From Pseudomonadota bacterium (GTDB lineage: Bacteria; Pseudomonadota; Alphaproteobacteria; Rhizobiales; Xanthobacteraceae): a DNA stretch of 64,000 bases. The DNA lies in assembly GCA_023435725.1 (NCBI GenBank), contig JAEYRD010000044.1, positions 37,485-101,484 of the forward strand. The letters are read 5' to 3'. Within the stretch, counting starts at the first letter, position 1. Each line of letters opens with the position of its first letter. This document shows, piece after piece, positions 1 through 11,465 of the stretch. The notes under the pieces are model-generated. The model made no database searches and was not told the origin of the DNA. It saw only the letters and a program-made list of their open reading frames with translations. The position numbers and the translations under genes are program-made.

Positions 1-612
1 GGCCTGACCGCGAGTATAGCTCTCGAACACGAACGGCCCGGTGCCCGCCAACGCACGGCCACCGCCGCAGAGATCGCCCTTCGCCAGCGATCTCGGCGAG
101 ATCAGGCCGAGCTTCACGTTCGAGGTCGACTCCAGGAAACTCGAGTCCGGCGTCGACAGCACGAGCTTGACCACATAGGGCGAGACCACTTCGGCATGAT
201 CGTAGGCCTGGAGCAACGACACGGCAGTGGCGGCGCTCTCGGGCTTCTTGACAAAGTCGTAATTGGCTTTGACCGCGGCCGCGTCGAACTTCTCGCCGTC
301 GTGGAAGACGACGTCTTCCCTCAGCTTGTATGTGTATTCCTTGCCGTCGGACGAGATCGACCACTCGGTCGCGAGCCACGGCGCGAACGTACCGTCCGTC
401 TTCTTCGCGATCAGCGAGTCGATGTAGTTCCGGGACACGAAGAACGCGGCCTGCTGCGATGCGTAATGTGGATCAAAACAAGCCGGCTCGGTCGTCACGC
501 CCCATCGGAGCGCGCCGCCGGAGACCGGCTTGTCGTCGGCGCTTGCCGCATTCGACGCGAGCAAGGCGATCGCCACGCCGCTCATCAGCAAATTATTCTT
601 CTTCATCCGCAT
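1..612 (-). CDS. ABC transporter substrate-binding protein, peptide/nickel family 5 (5' part; runs off window start)
   Basis: Manual translation of the minus strand from ATG 612: MRMKKNNLLMSGVAIALLASNAASADDKPVSGGALRWGVTTEPACFDPH...PWLATEWSISSDGKEYTYKLREDVVFHDGEKFDAAAVKANYD. Signal peptide plus classic SBP_bac_5 motif. Not in the ORF track. Confidence 0.9.
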   Translation of the reverse strand, partial: MRMKKNNLLMSGVAIALLASNAASADDKPVSGGALRWGVTTEPACFDPHYASQQAAFFVSRNYIDSLIAKKTDGTFAPWLATEWSISSDGKEYTYKLREDVVFHDGEKFDAAAVKANYDFVKKPESAATAVSLLQAYDHAEVVSPYVVKLVLSTPDSSFLESTSNVKLGLISPRSLAKGDLCGGGRALAGTGPFVFESYTRGQA

Positions 613-926
613 AATCCGTGCTCACTTCTGCTACCGCTCATGCGATCAGCGCAGCGAACATCACCAAATGAAAGACGATGCGCGTTTGCGCTTCATTCGA
701 TCCGCACGAGGCGCTATCTCTTGTTGCATCGCGATGTAATTCGTCGTTGCGCGCAAACGCAACACGCAAACGATCGATATGACGACCGCGATTGAAGTTT
801 GAAAAATAATTCGCGCAGCTGCTCCGACGATGGATGAAATCGACGACTCCAAACGCCAATCCAGCATTTCGATCCTGCCCGCTTACTGTACATCATGATC
901 CACAACACAATGACTCCGGAATTCGC

Positions 927-2267
927 ATGCCGCCACGTCAATTGCACCTGAACGTCAACCTGCTTCACTCCGGCGTCTATCCGTCGGCCTGGCGACTGCC
1001 GGACAGCGATCCGCGCGCCTTCTTCGATCTCGGTCATTACGTGCGGGTGGCGCAGATCGCGGAGCGCGGGAAATTTGACGCAATCTTTCTCGCGGATTCG
1101 CCGGCGGTGAACGATCGCATCGACTACCGGTCGTTCACGTCGATGGAGCCGACCATCGTGCTGGCGACAGTCGCCGCCGCGACCAGGCACGTCGGCCTGA
1201 TCGGCACGGTGTCCACGACCTACAACGAGCCCTACAACATTGCGCGCCGTTTCGTCACGCTCGACCACGCCAGCGGCGGTCGTTCGGGGTGGAACGCGGT
1301 CACCACCGCAGATGCCGCTTCAGGCCGGAATTTCGGCCTCTCATCGGTGACGGAACACAAGGCTCGCTACGAACGCGCCAAGGAATTCACGGAAGTCGTC
1401 CACGCCTTGTTCGACAGCTGGGAGGATGACGCCTTCGTCGGCGACAAGGCGAGCGCCAGATTCGTCGATACGTCGAAGGTGCATCCGATCGCCCACCGCG
1501 GCCCGCATTACTCGGTCGCCGGACCGCTGAACGTCCCCCGCTCGCCCCAGGGACGGCCAGTCACGGTGCAGGCAGGCGGCTCGAACGACGGGCGCGATTT
1601 CGCTGCAGCTTTTGCGGAGGCCGTGTTCACGCTTGCGCAGTCGATCGAGGAAGGCCTCGGCTATGCGCGCGATCTGCGCACACGCGCCGCCGCCTACGGG
1701 CGATCCGCTGACTCCATCGTCATCCTGCCCGGGCTCGCCACCGTCATCGGCAGCACCGAGGCCGAGGCCAAGCGGCGGCAGGACGAGCTCTGGGAGCTGG
1801 TGCCGATCGAGTACAGCCTGGCGCGCCTTGCCGGCACGCTTCAGATCGACCCTGCCCTGCTCGAGCTCGACAAGCCACTCCCCGATCCGCTTCCGTTGCC
1901 GGCGAACGCCAATCACACGATGTTCCAGGGCACCGTGAATCTAGCCCGGCGCGGCAATCTCACTGTACGCCAGCTGATCCGTGCGCTCGGCGGCGGCGTC
2001 GGCCATCGTATCATCGTCGGCACGCCCGAGCAGATCGCCGACGATATCGAGGCCTGGTTCAAGGCCGGCGCCGCCGATGGCTTCAACCTGATGCCGGACG
2101 TCCTGCCGTCCGGGCTCGAAACCTTCGTCGATACGGTCGTGCCCATTCTCCAGAAGCGCGGGCTGTTCCGGACAGAATATACGGGCACAACACTGCGCGA
2201 TCATTTTGGCCTGCCGCGCCCTGCGAGCCGCTTCGCAAAGCAGGCGCCTGAGGTCGCTTCGGCCTGA
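927..2267 (+). CDS. LLM-class FMN-dependent monooxygenase, NtaA/SnaA/DszA family
   Basis: Motifs AERGKFDAIFLAD, TVSTTYNEPYNIAR, GWNAVTT, GPLNVPRSPQGRP, EYTGTTLRDHFGL. Start moved to MPPRQ (927). Confidence 0.92.
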   Translation: MPPRQLHLNVNLLHSGVYPSAWRLPDSDPRAFFDLGHYVRVAQIAERGKFDAIFLADSPAVNDRIDYRSFTSMEPTIVLATVAAATRHVGLIGTVSTTYNEPYNIARRFVTLDHASGGRSGWNAVTTADAASGRNFGLSSVTEHKARYERAKEFTEVVHALFDSWEDDAFVGDKASARFVDTSKVHPIAHRGPHYSVAGPLNVPRSPQGRPVTVQAGGSNDGRDFAAAFAEAVFTLAQSIEEGLGYARDLRTRAAAYGRSADSIVILPGLATVIGSTEAEAKRRQDELWELVPIEYSLARLAGTLQIDPALLELDKPLPDPLPLPANANHTMFQGTVNLARRGNLTVRQLIRALGGGVGHRIIVGTPEQIADDIEAWFKAGAADGFNLMPDVLPSGLETFVDTVVPILQKRGLFRTEYTGTTLRDHFGLPRPASRFAKQAPEVASA

Positions 2268-2280
2268 ACGCTTCGTCGAT

Positions 2281-3374
2281 CTAGCCCAAGGACCGGGCCG
2301 GCTCTCCAGTTGGCCCGGTCGATTGTCTCGCCCGCACACGCGGAATGACCTCAAGCGCGAAACGGTGCATCTCGGCCTCGAACGGTTGGAATTGCAGCAT
2401 GAACAGCTCGATGCCCGCGGCATGGAATGCCTCGATGCGCGCGGCAACTTCGTCATAACTGCCAACCAGGCCCGCCGCCGTGCCGCCATTGCTGCCGACA
2501 CGTGGCGTCTTCTGCATGGTCTGCATCATCACGACCTTCGGATCGGTGTTCTGCTTCTGGATAACCTTCATCGGCGCATCCCTTGCGGCGAGGCTGAGCA
2601 GCCGCTCATAGGCAATCTGCGCCTGCTCGCGGGTTTCGCGCGCCACGACAAACGCAGACAGACCGAAACGTAGCGGCGCCGCCGAACCGCGCGGACGCCC
2701 CGCGACATCGGCGATCAGGCCAGCGACGTCGTCGAGCGGCTGGCCGTTGATGAACCAGACGTCGCCATGGCCAGCAACCAGATCGCGCGCTGGCTCGGAT
2801 TCCCCTCCGACATAGATGGCGGGGCGCTTGCGATAAAGGCTGGTCGGGTGCAGTGCATAGTCTGTGACTTTGAAATGATTGCCGCTGTAGTTGAGGCGTT
2901 CACCCTCCATCAGGCGGGCTACGACGGAGATCCATTCCTTGCCATAGGCATAGCGCGCATCGTGCTCGGGAAAGCCGATCCCGGCCTTCTCCAGTTCCGG
3001 GCGGTTCCAGGCATTGACCAGATTGATCGCAACCGACCGCGGCTGATGTTCTCGATCCCGAGCGCCAGCTTTGCGAGCACGACAGGGTGATAGAGGTATG
3101 GCTTTATCGCCGCGATGATCTCGATGCGCTTTGTCAGCGCCGCAATCGCCGCGGCAGCGCTCCATGCTTCGAGTTGATCGAGATCCTCCTGATGCGGATT
3201 GATCGTGTGCTGCGCGATCAACGTCGAATCATAACCGAGCTCTTCGGCCGCAAGAATGAGATCCCGATTGCGCTCCCAGGAGGCATCATAGGGCTCTTCC
3301 GGGTCCTGATGCGCGGCGCGTGGCCCGTGCACCAGCGCCCAGATGCCGAAGCGAAGAGGTGCAGCTGTCATCAT
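2281..3374 (-). pseudogene. LLM-class monooxygenase (SsuD/SfnG-like) split by a 1-nt frameshift near 3031
   Basis: ORF 2919..3395 gives the N-half (...IENISRGR) and ORF 2281..3165 the C-half (AINLVNAW...). Adding one base at 3031-3032 restores RGRFAINLVNAW. Confidence 0.85.
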
Positions 3375-3628
3375 GCTCTCCCGTACCTCTCTCAACCTTG
3401 CGGGTTCTCGCCAAAGGTCGGCGCAAGATCAAGCACACCCGGCATCAAAAGATTTTCTTTGTCGCGCATCCGCCGTGCGACGACAGCAGATCACTCCGGA
3501 CCGAATGACAATTGAAATACCGCTCTATTTCTGTCGGCCCGATTTCATGGGACATTTTGTCGGGACGGCAAATCATTGGCGTCACACCTCCTGCATCAGA
3601 TGCAGTGCGTGAAACGAGGACTTGCGTC

Positions 3629-4507
3629 TTGAGCAATATCGAACTGAGCGACATCAACCGCACAGCGATTGGCGCGGACAGCGGGCTCTCGTCGCAACGT
3701 GGTGAAAACGCGCAGGCCGCGGCCACGACAAGAAGACTTGGTGCTCGCGGTCTTCAGCTCCTGTCGTGGCTCGCCCCAGTCGCGCTTGTCGTCACCTGGG
3801 AATGGTTGGCGCAGGCCGGATGGCTCTCGCCGCAAGTACTGCCCGCGCCAAGCAAGGTAATCCGAACCGCGTTCAAGCTCGCGACCGCCGGGACCTTGTT
3901 GAACGATCTCGGCGTAAGCCTGCTGCGGGCAGCCGCGGGATTTGCGATCGGAGCGGCGGCAGGTGCCGCCCTCGGCACCCTTGTCGGTTTCTCGCGCGTA
4001 GCAGAAGCTGCGATCGATCGCAGCGTGCAGATGATCCGCGCGGTACCGTTTCTCGCGGTCCTGCCGCTCGTCATTGTCTGGCTCGGCGTCGGCGAGACGC
4101 AGAAGATCTTCCTTGTCACACTCGGCGTCACTTTTCCGATCTACATCAACACCGTGCTCGGCATCCGCCAGGTCGACCCCAAGCTGCTCGAGCTCGGGCG
4201 CGTCCAGGGCCTGAGCTCCATTCAGCTGATCCGCCGGATCATCCTTCCCGGCGCATTGCCCTCGATCCTGACCGGGGTCCGCTATGCACTGGCGACGGCG
4301 TGGCTCGCGCTGGTCGTGGCCGAAACTATCGGCGCGCAGTCGGGCATCGGCTTTCTCGCCATGGACGCGCGTGAATTCCTGCGCACCGACGTGATCGTAT
4401 TGACGATCGTGATCTACGCGCTAGTTGGAGTCGCAGCCGACGGCATCGCCCGCTTCCTCGAACGGCGCTTGCTCGCCTGGCATCCGAACTACGGGGCGGC
4501 ACGATGA
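3629..4507 (+). CDS. Sulfonate-type ABC transporter permease (SsuC-like)
   Basis: LPAPSKV, EAA-loop region and LVVAETIGAQSGIGFL motifs. TTG start at 3629 after GAGGA. Confidence 0.9.
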   Translation: MSNIELSDINRTAIGADSGLSSQRGENAQAAATTRRLGARGLQLLSWLAPVALVVTWEWLAQAGWLSPQVLPAPSKVIRTAFKLATAGTLLNDLGVSLLRAAAGFAIGAAAGAALGTLVGFSRVAEAAIDRSVQMIRAVPFLAVLPLVIVWLGVGETQKIFLVTLGVTFPIYINTVLGIRQVDPKLLELGRVQGLSSIQLIRRIILPGALPSILTGVRYALATAWLALVVAETIGAQSGIGFLAMDAREFLRTDVIVLTIVIYALVGVAADGIARFLERRLLAWHPNYGAAR

Positions 4508-5232
4508 ACGCTCATGTGGCTCCGCTCTCACCCGCCTCGTCCGAATCCGGTCCGGCCGTCGTCGTCAGCAACCTCGTGCGCAGCTACGGCCCCCGCATCG
4601 TCATCGAAAAGCTGAACCTGCGCATCGAGCGGGGCGAGTTCGTTGCGCTGCTGGGCGAGAGCGGTTGCGGCAAGACCACGTTGCTGCGGGCCCTCGCGGG
4701 TCTCGATTCCATTCAGGGCGGACGCATCGTGGCGCCGCGTCGACCGGCAGTGGTGTTTCAGGAGCACCGGCTTCTGCCTTGGGACAGCCTCTGGCGCAAC
4801 GTCTCGCTTGGCCTGCAGCTGCCGGACGCGCGCGAACGCGCCGCCGAAGCTCTGACAGAGGTCGGCCTCGGCGACCGTCTCGACGACTGGCCGCGCAACC
4901 TCTCCGGCGGACAGGCCCAACGCGTCGCGCTGGCTCGGGCTCTGGTTCAACAGCCCGAGCTTCTGCTCCTCGACGAACCGTTTGCCGCACTGGATGCGCT
5001 CACCCGCATCCGCATGCATGAGCTCGTTCGCGAACTCGTCGCCAATCATCTGCCGGGCGTCCTGCTGGTCACCCACGATGTCGACGAGGCGATCGCGCTC
5101 GCCGACCGCATCCTGGTGATGCGTCACGGCGCCATTGCCTTCGAGCACCGTATCGTGCGCGGCGGCTCGACCCCCATCTCGCGCGGCGACCTCCTCAGCG
5201 AACTCGGCGTGACGTCCCATTCCCCCAACTAG
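4504..5232 (+). CDS. Sulfonate-type ABC transporter ATP-binding protein (SsuB-like)
   Basis: Walker A GESGCGKT, LSGGQ signature, LLLLDEPF, VTHD. ATGA overlap with the permease. Confidence 0.93.
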   Translation: MNAHVAPLSPASSESGPAVVVSNLVRSYGPRIVIEKLNLRIERGEFVALLGESGCGKTTLLRALAGLDSIQGGRIVAPRRPAVVFQEHRLLPWDSLWRNVSLGLQLPDARERAAEALTEVGLGDRLDDWPRNLSGGQAQRVALARALVQQPELLLLDEPFAALDALTRIRMHELVRELVANHLPGVLLVTHDVDEAIALADRILVMRHGAIAFEHRIVRGGSTPISRGDLLSELGVTSHSPN

Positions 5233-5249
5233 GCTACCGGAAGGCCCTT

Positions 5250-6254
5250 ATGTCTGACTCCCAAATCGCCAAGCCATCCCGGCGCAGCTTTCTCGGCTCG
5301 GCAGCCTTTGGCATTGGCGCGCTCGCCGGCATGAACATCGTCGATTTCGCCGAGGCTGCGACCAGCCGCACCACCGACACGGCGCGTCTGACCTGGGGCC
5401 TCGGTGGTCTCAACCTGATCGCCAAGGAACGCGGCGAGTTCGAGAAGGTGCTGGCCAAGGACGGTATCAAGGTCGAGTGGCTCGGCCCCTTCCCGAACCA
5501 TGCACCGACCTTGCAGGCCGTCACCGGCGGCAGCGCCGATTTCAGCTTCGGTGGCAGCACCACACCGGCGCTGGCTGCGATCATCGCTGGATCACCGCTC
5601 GTGTTCACGCAATTCGTGGTCTACGAGCCGCGCACCACGGCGATCATCGCCAAGGACGGCTCCGGCATCGACAGGATCGAGGATCTCGTCGGCAAGTCGG
5701 TTGCAGTCAACCGCTCGGGCCTTGGGGAGTTCCTGCTGGTTGCCGCGCTCGAAAAGCACAAGGTTGACCGGTCGGCGGTGAAGTTCGTCTATCTCAACCC
5801 GCCGGATGCGGCGCCGGCGCTTGCGTCCGGCAAGGTCGATGCATGGTCGATGTGGAGCCCAGGCGTCGACATCGCCCGGCTCGAATACAAGGCGCACGAC
5901 ATCTTCCTGGAAGGCCGCGATCTCGATTTCCAGATCGACTACACGTCCTACCACACCACCCGGAAATTCGCGACAGACAATCCCGCGCTGGTGCGCGCCG
6001 TGAACGAGGCGTTCCGCGCCGAGGGCAAGTGGATCTCCGAGCACGGCAAGGACGCCGAGTACATCGCCCAGAAAGCCGGCAAGTACAGCGACGAAGTCCG
6101 CGACCAGTTCATCGCGCTGAAGCGCCAGTACCGCTACTACGCGGTGAACGACGAGCGGTTCATCAGCGAGTTGCAGAAAGCCGCCGACTGGCTCGTCGCC
6201 CGCAAGATTTTGCCCGAGCCGGTCAAGGTGACCGACCATCTCGCCCAGCTCTGA
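5250..6254 (+). CDS. SsuA/NrtA/TauA-family ABC substrate-binding protein, Tat-exported
   Basis: SRRSFLG twin-arginine signal, IEDLVGKSVAV, GKVDAW. Operonic with the permease and ATPase. Confidence 0.88.
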   Translation: MSDSQIAKPSRRSFLGSAAFGIGALAGMNIVDFAEAATSRTTDTARLTWGLGGLNLIAKERGEFEKVLAKDGIKVEWLGPFPNHAPTLQAVTGGSADFSFGGSTTPALAAIIAGSPLVFTQFVVYEPRTTAIIAKDGSGIDRIEDLVGKSVAVNRSGLGEFLLVAALEKHKVDRSAVKFVYLNPPDAAPALASGKVDAWSMWSPGVDIARLEYKAHDIFLEGRDLDFQIDYTSYHTTRKFATDNPALVRAVNEAFRAEGKWISEHGKDAEYIAQKAGKYSDEVRDQFIALKRQYRYYAVNDERFISELQKAADWLVARKILPEPVKVTDHLAQL

Positions 6255-6278
6255 GAACGATATTAACAGGCCAACACA

Positions 6279-7511
6279 ATGGACAAGACCGTATCCGCGC
6301 CCTCCCTGACGACTTCCGAGCCGCTCGAGACCGGTTCGCCGGAACTGGAGGCACTACTCAACCAGATCGCTGAAGGCGCAAGCGATCGCGAACGCGACCG
6401 CGTCCTGCCCTTCGAGGTTATCGACCTCATTCGGCGCGCTCGTCTCGGTGCGCTCCGGCTCCCCGTGAACGTCGGCGGCGCCGGCAGCACGATCCGCGAA
6501 CTGTTCGCCTTCGTCATCCGCCTCGCCGAGGCCGACGCCAACGTGGCGCATATCCTGCGCAACCATTTCAGCGTGGTCGAGCGCCTGGTCCGCACGCCCA
6601 AGGACGAGCAGAGCCGGCAATGGCAGAAGGCGGTTGCCGATGGCGCCATCATCGGACTTGCAACCACTGAGCTCGAGAGCCCACGCGTCGGCAATGTGAC
6701 GCCGGGCACGACATTCACGCCCGACGGGAACGGTGATTACCTGTTGAACGGCACGAAATACTACAGCACCGGCACGCTGTATTCGGACTACGTCCTGGTC
6801 CGTGCGGCCGATCCCAATGGCACCAGCGGCGCGACTATCGTTCCCATCAAGCGCGATGGAATAGAGCTGGTCGATGACTGGGACGGGCTCGGCCAGCGGC
6901 TCACGGCCACAGGCACGACGCACTTCCGCAACGTCAAGGTCAAGCACCACGAGATCGTCTTCGACACGCCTGATGCAGGCTATGGCGTGCCCTATTCGAA
7001 CACGTTCGCTCAGCTCTTCCTGACTGCCGTCGTTGCCGGCATCGCCCGCGCGACCCTGCGCGACGCCACCGCCCTGATCCACTCCCGCAAGCGCACCTTC
7101 TACTATGCGCCGACCGAGATCCCGACCGACGATCCGCTGCTTCAGCAGACCATCGGCCAGATCGCCAGCGGCGCCTTCGCCGCCGAAGCCGTGGTGCTGG
7201 CGGCGGCCGAGGCGCTCGACGTCGCGACGGATGCGTTCGACGCTGGCGAGGCCAACGCGGCGGAGGCCGCCCACACTGCCGCCCTGCTCTCGGCCAAGGC
7301 CAAGATCATCGCCGACGATTTCGCCATCCGCGGCGGCAGCCTGCTGTTCGACGTCGGCGGCGCGTCGGCCACCAAGAAAGTCACCAATTTCGACCGGCAC
7401 TGGCGCAACGCGCGGACCCTGTCCTCGCACAATCCCACCACCTACAAGGCGCGCTCGATCGGCCAATACGAAATCAGCGGCACGCCGTTGCCGGCGAAGG
7501 GCTTCTTCTAG
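6279..7511 (+). CDS. Acyl-CoA dehydrogenase-fold flavin monooxygenase (DszC/SfnB-like)
   Basis: LNGTKYYSTG, DDWDGLGQRLTATGT, FDRHWRNARTLSSHNP. Confidence 0.9.
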   Translation: MDKTVSAPSLTTSEPLETGSPELEALLNQIAEGASDRERDRVLPFEVIDLIRRARLGALRLPVNVGGAGSTIRELFAFVIRLAEADANVAHILRNHFSVVERLVRTPKDEQSRQWQKAVADGAIIGLATTELESPRVGNVTPGTTFTPDGNGDYLLNGTKYYSTGTLYSDYVLVRAADPNGTSGATIVPIKRDGIELVDDWDGLGQRLTATGTTHFRNVKVKHHEIVFDTPDAGYGVPYSNTFAQLFLTAVVAGIARATLRDATALIHSRKRTFYYAPTEIPTDDPLLQQTIGQIASGAFAAEAVVLAAAEALDVATDAFDAGEANAAEAAHTAALLSAKAKIIADDFAIRGGSLLFDVGGASATKKVTNFDRHWRNARTLSSHNPTTYKARSIGQYEISGTPLPAKGFF

Positions 7512-7558
7512 GCAAGAAGCCGCCGGCGTTCGACGGTCCGACGCAAGGAGGGACAGAC

Positions 7559-8131
7559 ATGGGAAGGTCGGACATCCATCTCGTCACTGATAGCAACGAG
7601 GTCGAACAGCAGTTCCGGGGAGTGATGCGCCGCCTCGCCGGCGGCGTCAGCATCATCACGGCCGGCCGCGACGACGACATCACGGGGATGACGGTCACCT
7701 CCCTGACCTCGCTGAGCGCGAGCCCACCGCGCGTAATGGTCAGCGTCAACCGGCAGGCGTCGTCCTTCGCGCTGATCGAACGCTTCGGTACGTTCGGCGT
7801 CAACATCCTCGGCTCGGACCAGCAGCAGCTGGCGGACCGGTTCAGCAACGGCCGGCTCAAGGGCCCGCAGCGCTTCGAGGATATTCCCTGGTCTGCCGGC
7901 TCGTCGGGCGTACCGCTGCTCGGCAACTCTCTGGCGACCGTCGAATGCCGGGTCGAGGAGATCATCGAGCGCTATTCGCACGGGATCATCGTCGGCAGCC
8001 TTTTGAGCTTCGAGCTGTCGCCCCGCCTCTCCGGGCTGGTGTATTGGAACGGCCAGTACATCGAGATCAAGCACGACTTCGATCTCGATCTCCTCGCCGA
8101 AATCAGCATTCCCCTGGCACATGTCAGGTGA
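7559..8131 (+). CDS. Flavin reductase family protein
   Basis: FRGVMRRLAGGVSIIT, GMTVTSLTSLSASPP, FGVNIL. Confidence 0.9.
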   Translation: MGRSDIHLVTDSNEVEQQFRGVMRRLAGGVSIITAGRDDDITGMTVTSLTSLSASPPRVMVSVNRQASSFALIERFGTFGVNILGSDQQQLADRFSNGRLKGPQRFEDIPWSAGSSGVPLLGNSLATVECRVEEIIERYSHGIIVGSLLSFELSPRLSGLVYWNGQYIEIKHDFDLDLLAEISIPLAHVR

Positions 8132-8171
8132 CATTATCGATCAACACCATCATCGATGGGCCTGATGCGGC

Positions 8172-9118
<947 letters not shown>

Positions 9119-9122
<4 letters not shown>

Positions 9123-9364
9123 ACGGCCGGCGCCTTCCAGCGCATCAAGCGACGTTCCAGCGCCTCCAGGATCGCGTTGAAGACGAGGCCGATCACCGTG
9201 ATTCCGATGATGCCGAAATACATCTGCGGGATCAGGAAGCTGTACTGGCTGTTGATGATGAGATAGCCAAGCCCGGACTTCGCGCCGACCATTTCTGACG
9301 CCACCAACACCAGCATTGCCGAGGCACTGGCCAGCCGGATGCCGATGGTGATTGCGTCCGTCAT
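9119..9364 (-). pseudogene. C-terminal remnant (81 aa) of an SsuC/TauC-type ABC permease
   Basis: GIRLASASAMLVLVASEMVGAKSGLGYLII...LERRLMRW matches only the last third of a permease. No N-terminal part upstream. Confidence 0.75.
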
Positions 9365-9664
9365 GTCATCTTCCCCAAGATCGCGATCCCATTTGGACAA
9401 GGCTCCGCCGTTCGCCGATCGCTGAAGCAATGGCGGAGTGAAAGCAGGCAATGGTCGTGATCGATCCTCTTGCGGGATCACCGTCTGCTCTGGCGGCAAT
9501 CGCGTCTGGCGGGATCTTTCCGTAGAGGCTGCAGCAATGCAACCTCGCGCTCAGTTGCAGGATGCTAACTCAAGGGCTTCGGAAATAGCTTCCAAAGTTG
9601 GAGGGACGCGGAAAATAGTTGCACCCGTCCTCATCATCTCTCTGATTGTTGTTTGCGCTTTCTT

Positions 9665-11100
9665 CTAATCAGCCGCGACGGTGCTCGGTGAGCGCCAGAT
9701 CGCCGACGCATAGAGTGCGGGCTCGAAATCGTCGGCGATCGACGCATTGATGCGGGCCTCGTGCGCAGGGAGATCGTCCAGGAAGAGATCCTTGCTGATC
9801 CGCGCAACGACGCCGGGAATGTCGCGTTTGAAGCTGGGGACGTCTCCAATGGGCAGACCGAAGCTGACGAACGCCGCCGGGTTGAAGACGTGGATGTTCC
9901 GGAGATAAGGCGCGCGTCCAGGCTCCTTCTCCAGGAACTCGTGCCCCGAGCCAAGATAAGGATGGGCGCCCAAGGTATCGTCCGTTTGGTCGGACGGCGG
10001 AGAGAAGCGGTCGCGCCACAGCAATATCTCGCTGGAAAAAGCGGCGAGCTCCGGCTGCTTGGCGAGATCGACCTGGTAGCCGGTACCGGCGATGACGAAA
10101 TCGAACGCGATATCGCCCTGCGTCGTGGTCGCCAGCAGCCGCCGCCCGAACGCCTTGGCCGACGTCCATGAAGCTCCTAGATGGAGACTGAAGTTCTGGA
10201 ACTTGACGGCGCGTGCAACCGCATCCGGGGGCGGCGTCGAACCGGCACGCCGGAAGCGGACGGCCTGATGCCAGCGGACAGCGTCCGGCAGCGATCTGTA
10301 ATTGTCGTAAGCGCCCGGATAGCCGCGCGTCCTGATCACCGGCTCCGATGCGAGCTTGTCGCGACGCGCGAAAAGATGCACCTCCCTCGCTCCAGCTTCG
10401 AGCGCCACCGCCGCGGCATCGAATCCGGAGGCGGCGCTGCCAATCACGGCGATGGACTTGTCCCGCAGCTTTTCGAAATCAATCGCTTCGAGCGTGTGCG
10501 CATAAAGCTCCTTGGGCAGATCTCGCGACAGCACGTCGGGAATGAACGGACCACCGTTGCTCGGGAAGCCGCTAGCGAGAATGACCTTGCGTGCGGTTTC
10601 CGTCGTCTCCCTGCCGTCTATGTCGAGATGGAGCCGCAAATGGTCGCCCGCCGGCTCGATCCGGACGAGCCGCGTCCGATATCGCACCCCGATGCCGAGC
10701 GTCTTACGGTACCAATCGAGATAGGCCGCCCACTCCACCCGCGGGATACGATCGAGCGCGTCATAGGCTGCTCCGCCCTGGCGGGATTCGTACCAGGCCT
10801 GGAAGCTCAGCCCGGGTAGACCGAGTTCGGGTCCCGCCAAGCCCTTCGGCGTGCGCAGCTTGTTCATGCGCGCGCTGGTCAACCAGGGGCCGGTCGACGC
10901 GGCGTCTTCAGCGGCGTCGATCACCGTGACCCCGCCGATTCCTGCACGGCGCAATGCAAAGGCAAACGTGCTTCCGGATTGCCCGCCGCCGACGATGGCG
11001 ACGTTTCGACGCCGTCGCGCTCCGGGACCCAATTCTGCGGATCAGACCCAATCAGCCGGAGTGTCTCGCGAGCGGCGGCATCGACATCGGATTGAAACAT
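9665..11100 (-). pseudogene. FAD/NAD(P)-dependent monooxygenase/oxidoreductase with a frameshift near 11005
   Basis: N-terminus MFQSDVDAAARETLRLIGSDPQNWVPERDGV (ATG 11100) is in a different frame from NVAIVGGGQSG...VIGSAASGFD...IAGTGY. Confidence 0.8.
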
Positions 11101-11465
11101 ATTGCACCTGGATTTGGAGACGTCAGATGCTGTCAAATCGTAGAAGCCGACGACATTCAGTCAATGAAATGGAATCTGCTTTGTTTTCGAGCGCGCACAA
11201 CAAATTCATCGCGACGTTACAGCCAAGCGAAAGATTCGCGTGGATCCGCATGAAGCGCTTCGCACCATCACGACCCGCGGCTCGATCCGCGCGGCAGTTC
11301 GCCTGCAAAACTTCGCTTGCAGCGTCGTCTACATTCCACGGCATCACCGTTAGATTCATGCTCGCATCACTCCCAACAACGCAAATTCATTTCATCGACA
11401 TTCCCGTTGCTCACGACATAGAGTTCGCCTCGATCGAGCCAAATCGTTGGAGCTCCCGGAAATAC

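Noticed and set aside
834..926. N-terminal extensions given by the ORF track (also at 3512, 10851, 11992, 20106, 48644, 62446)
   Set aside because: Extensions lack family similarity and cover promoter-like or neighbouring sequence. Downstream starts with better RBS or family-typical N-termini were used.
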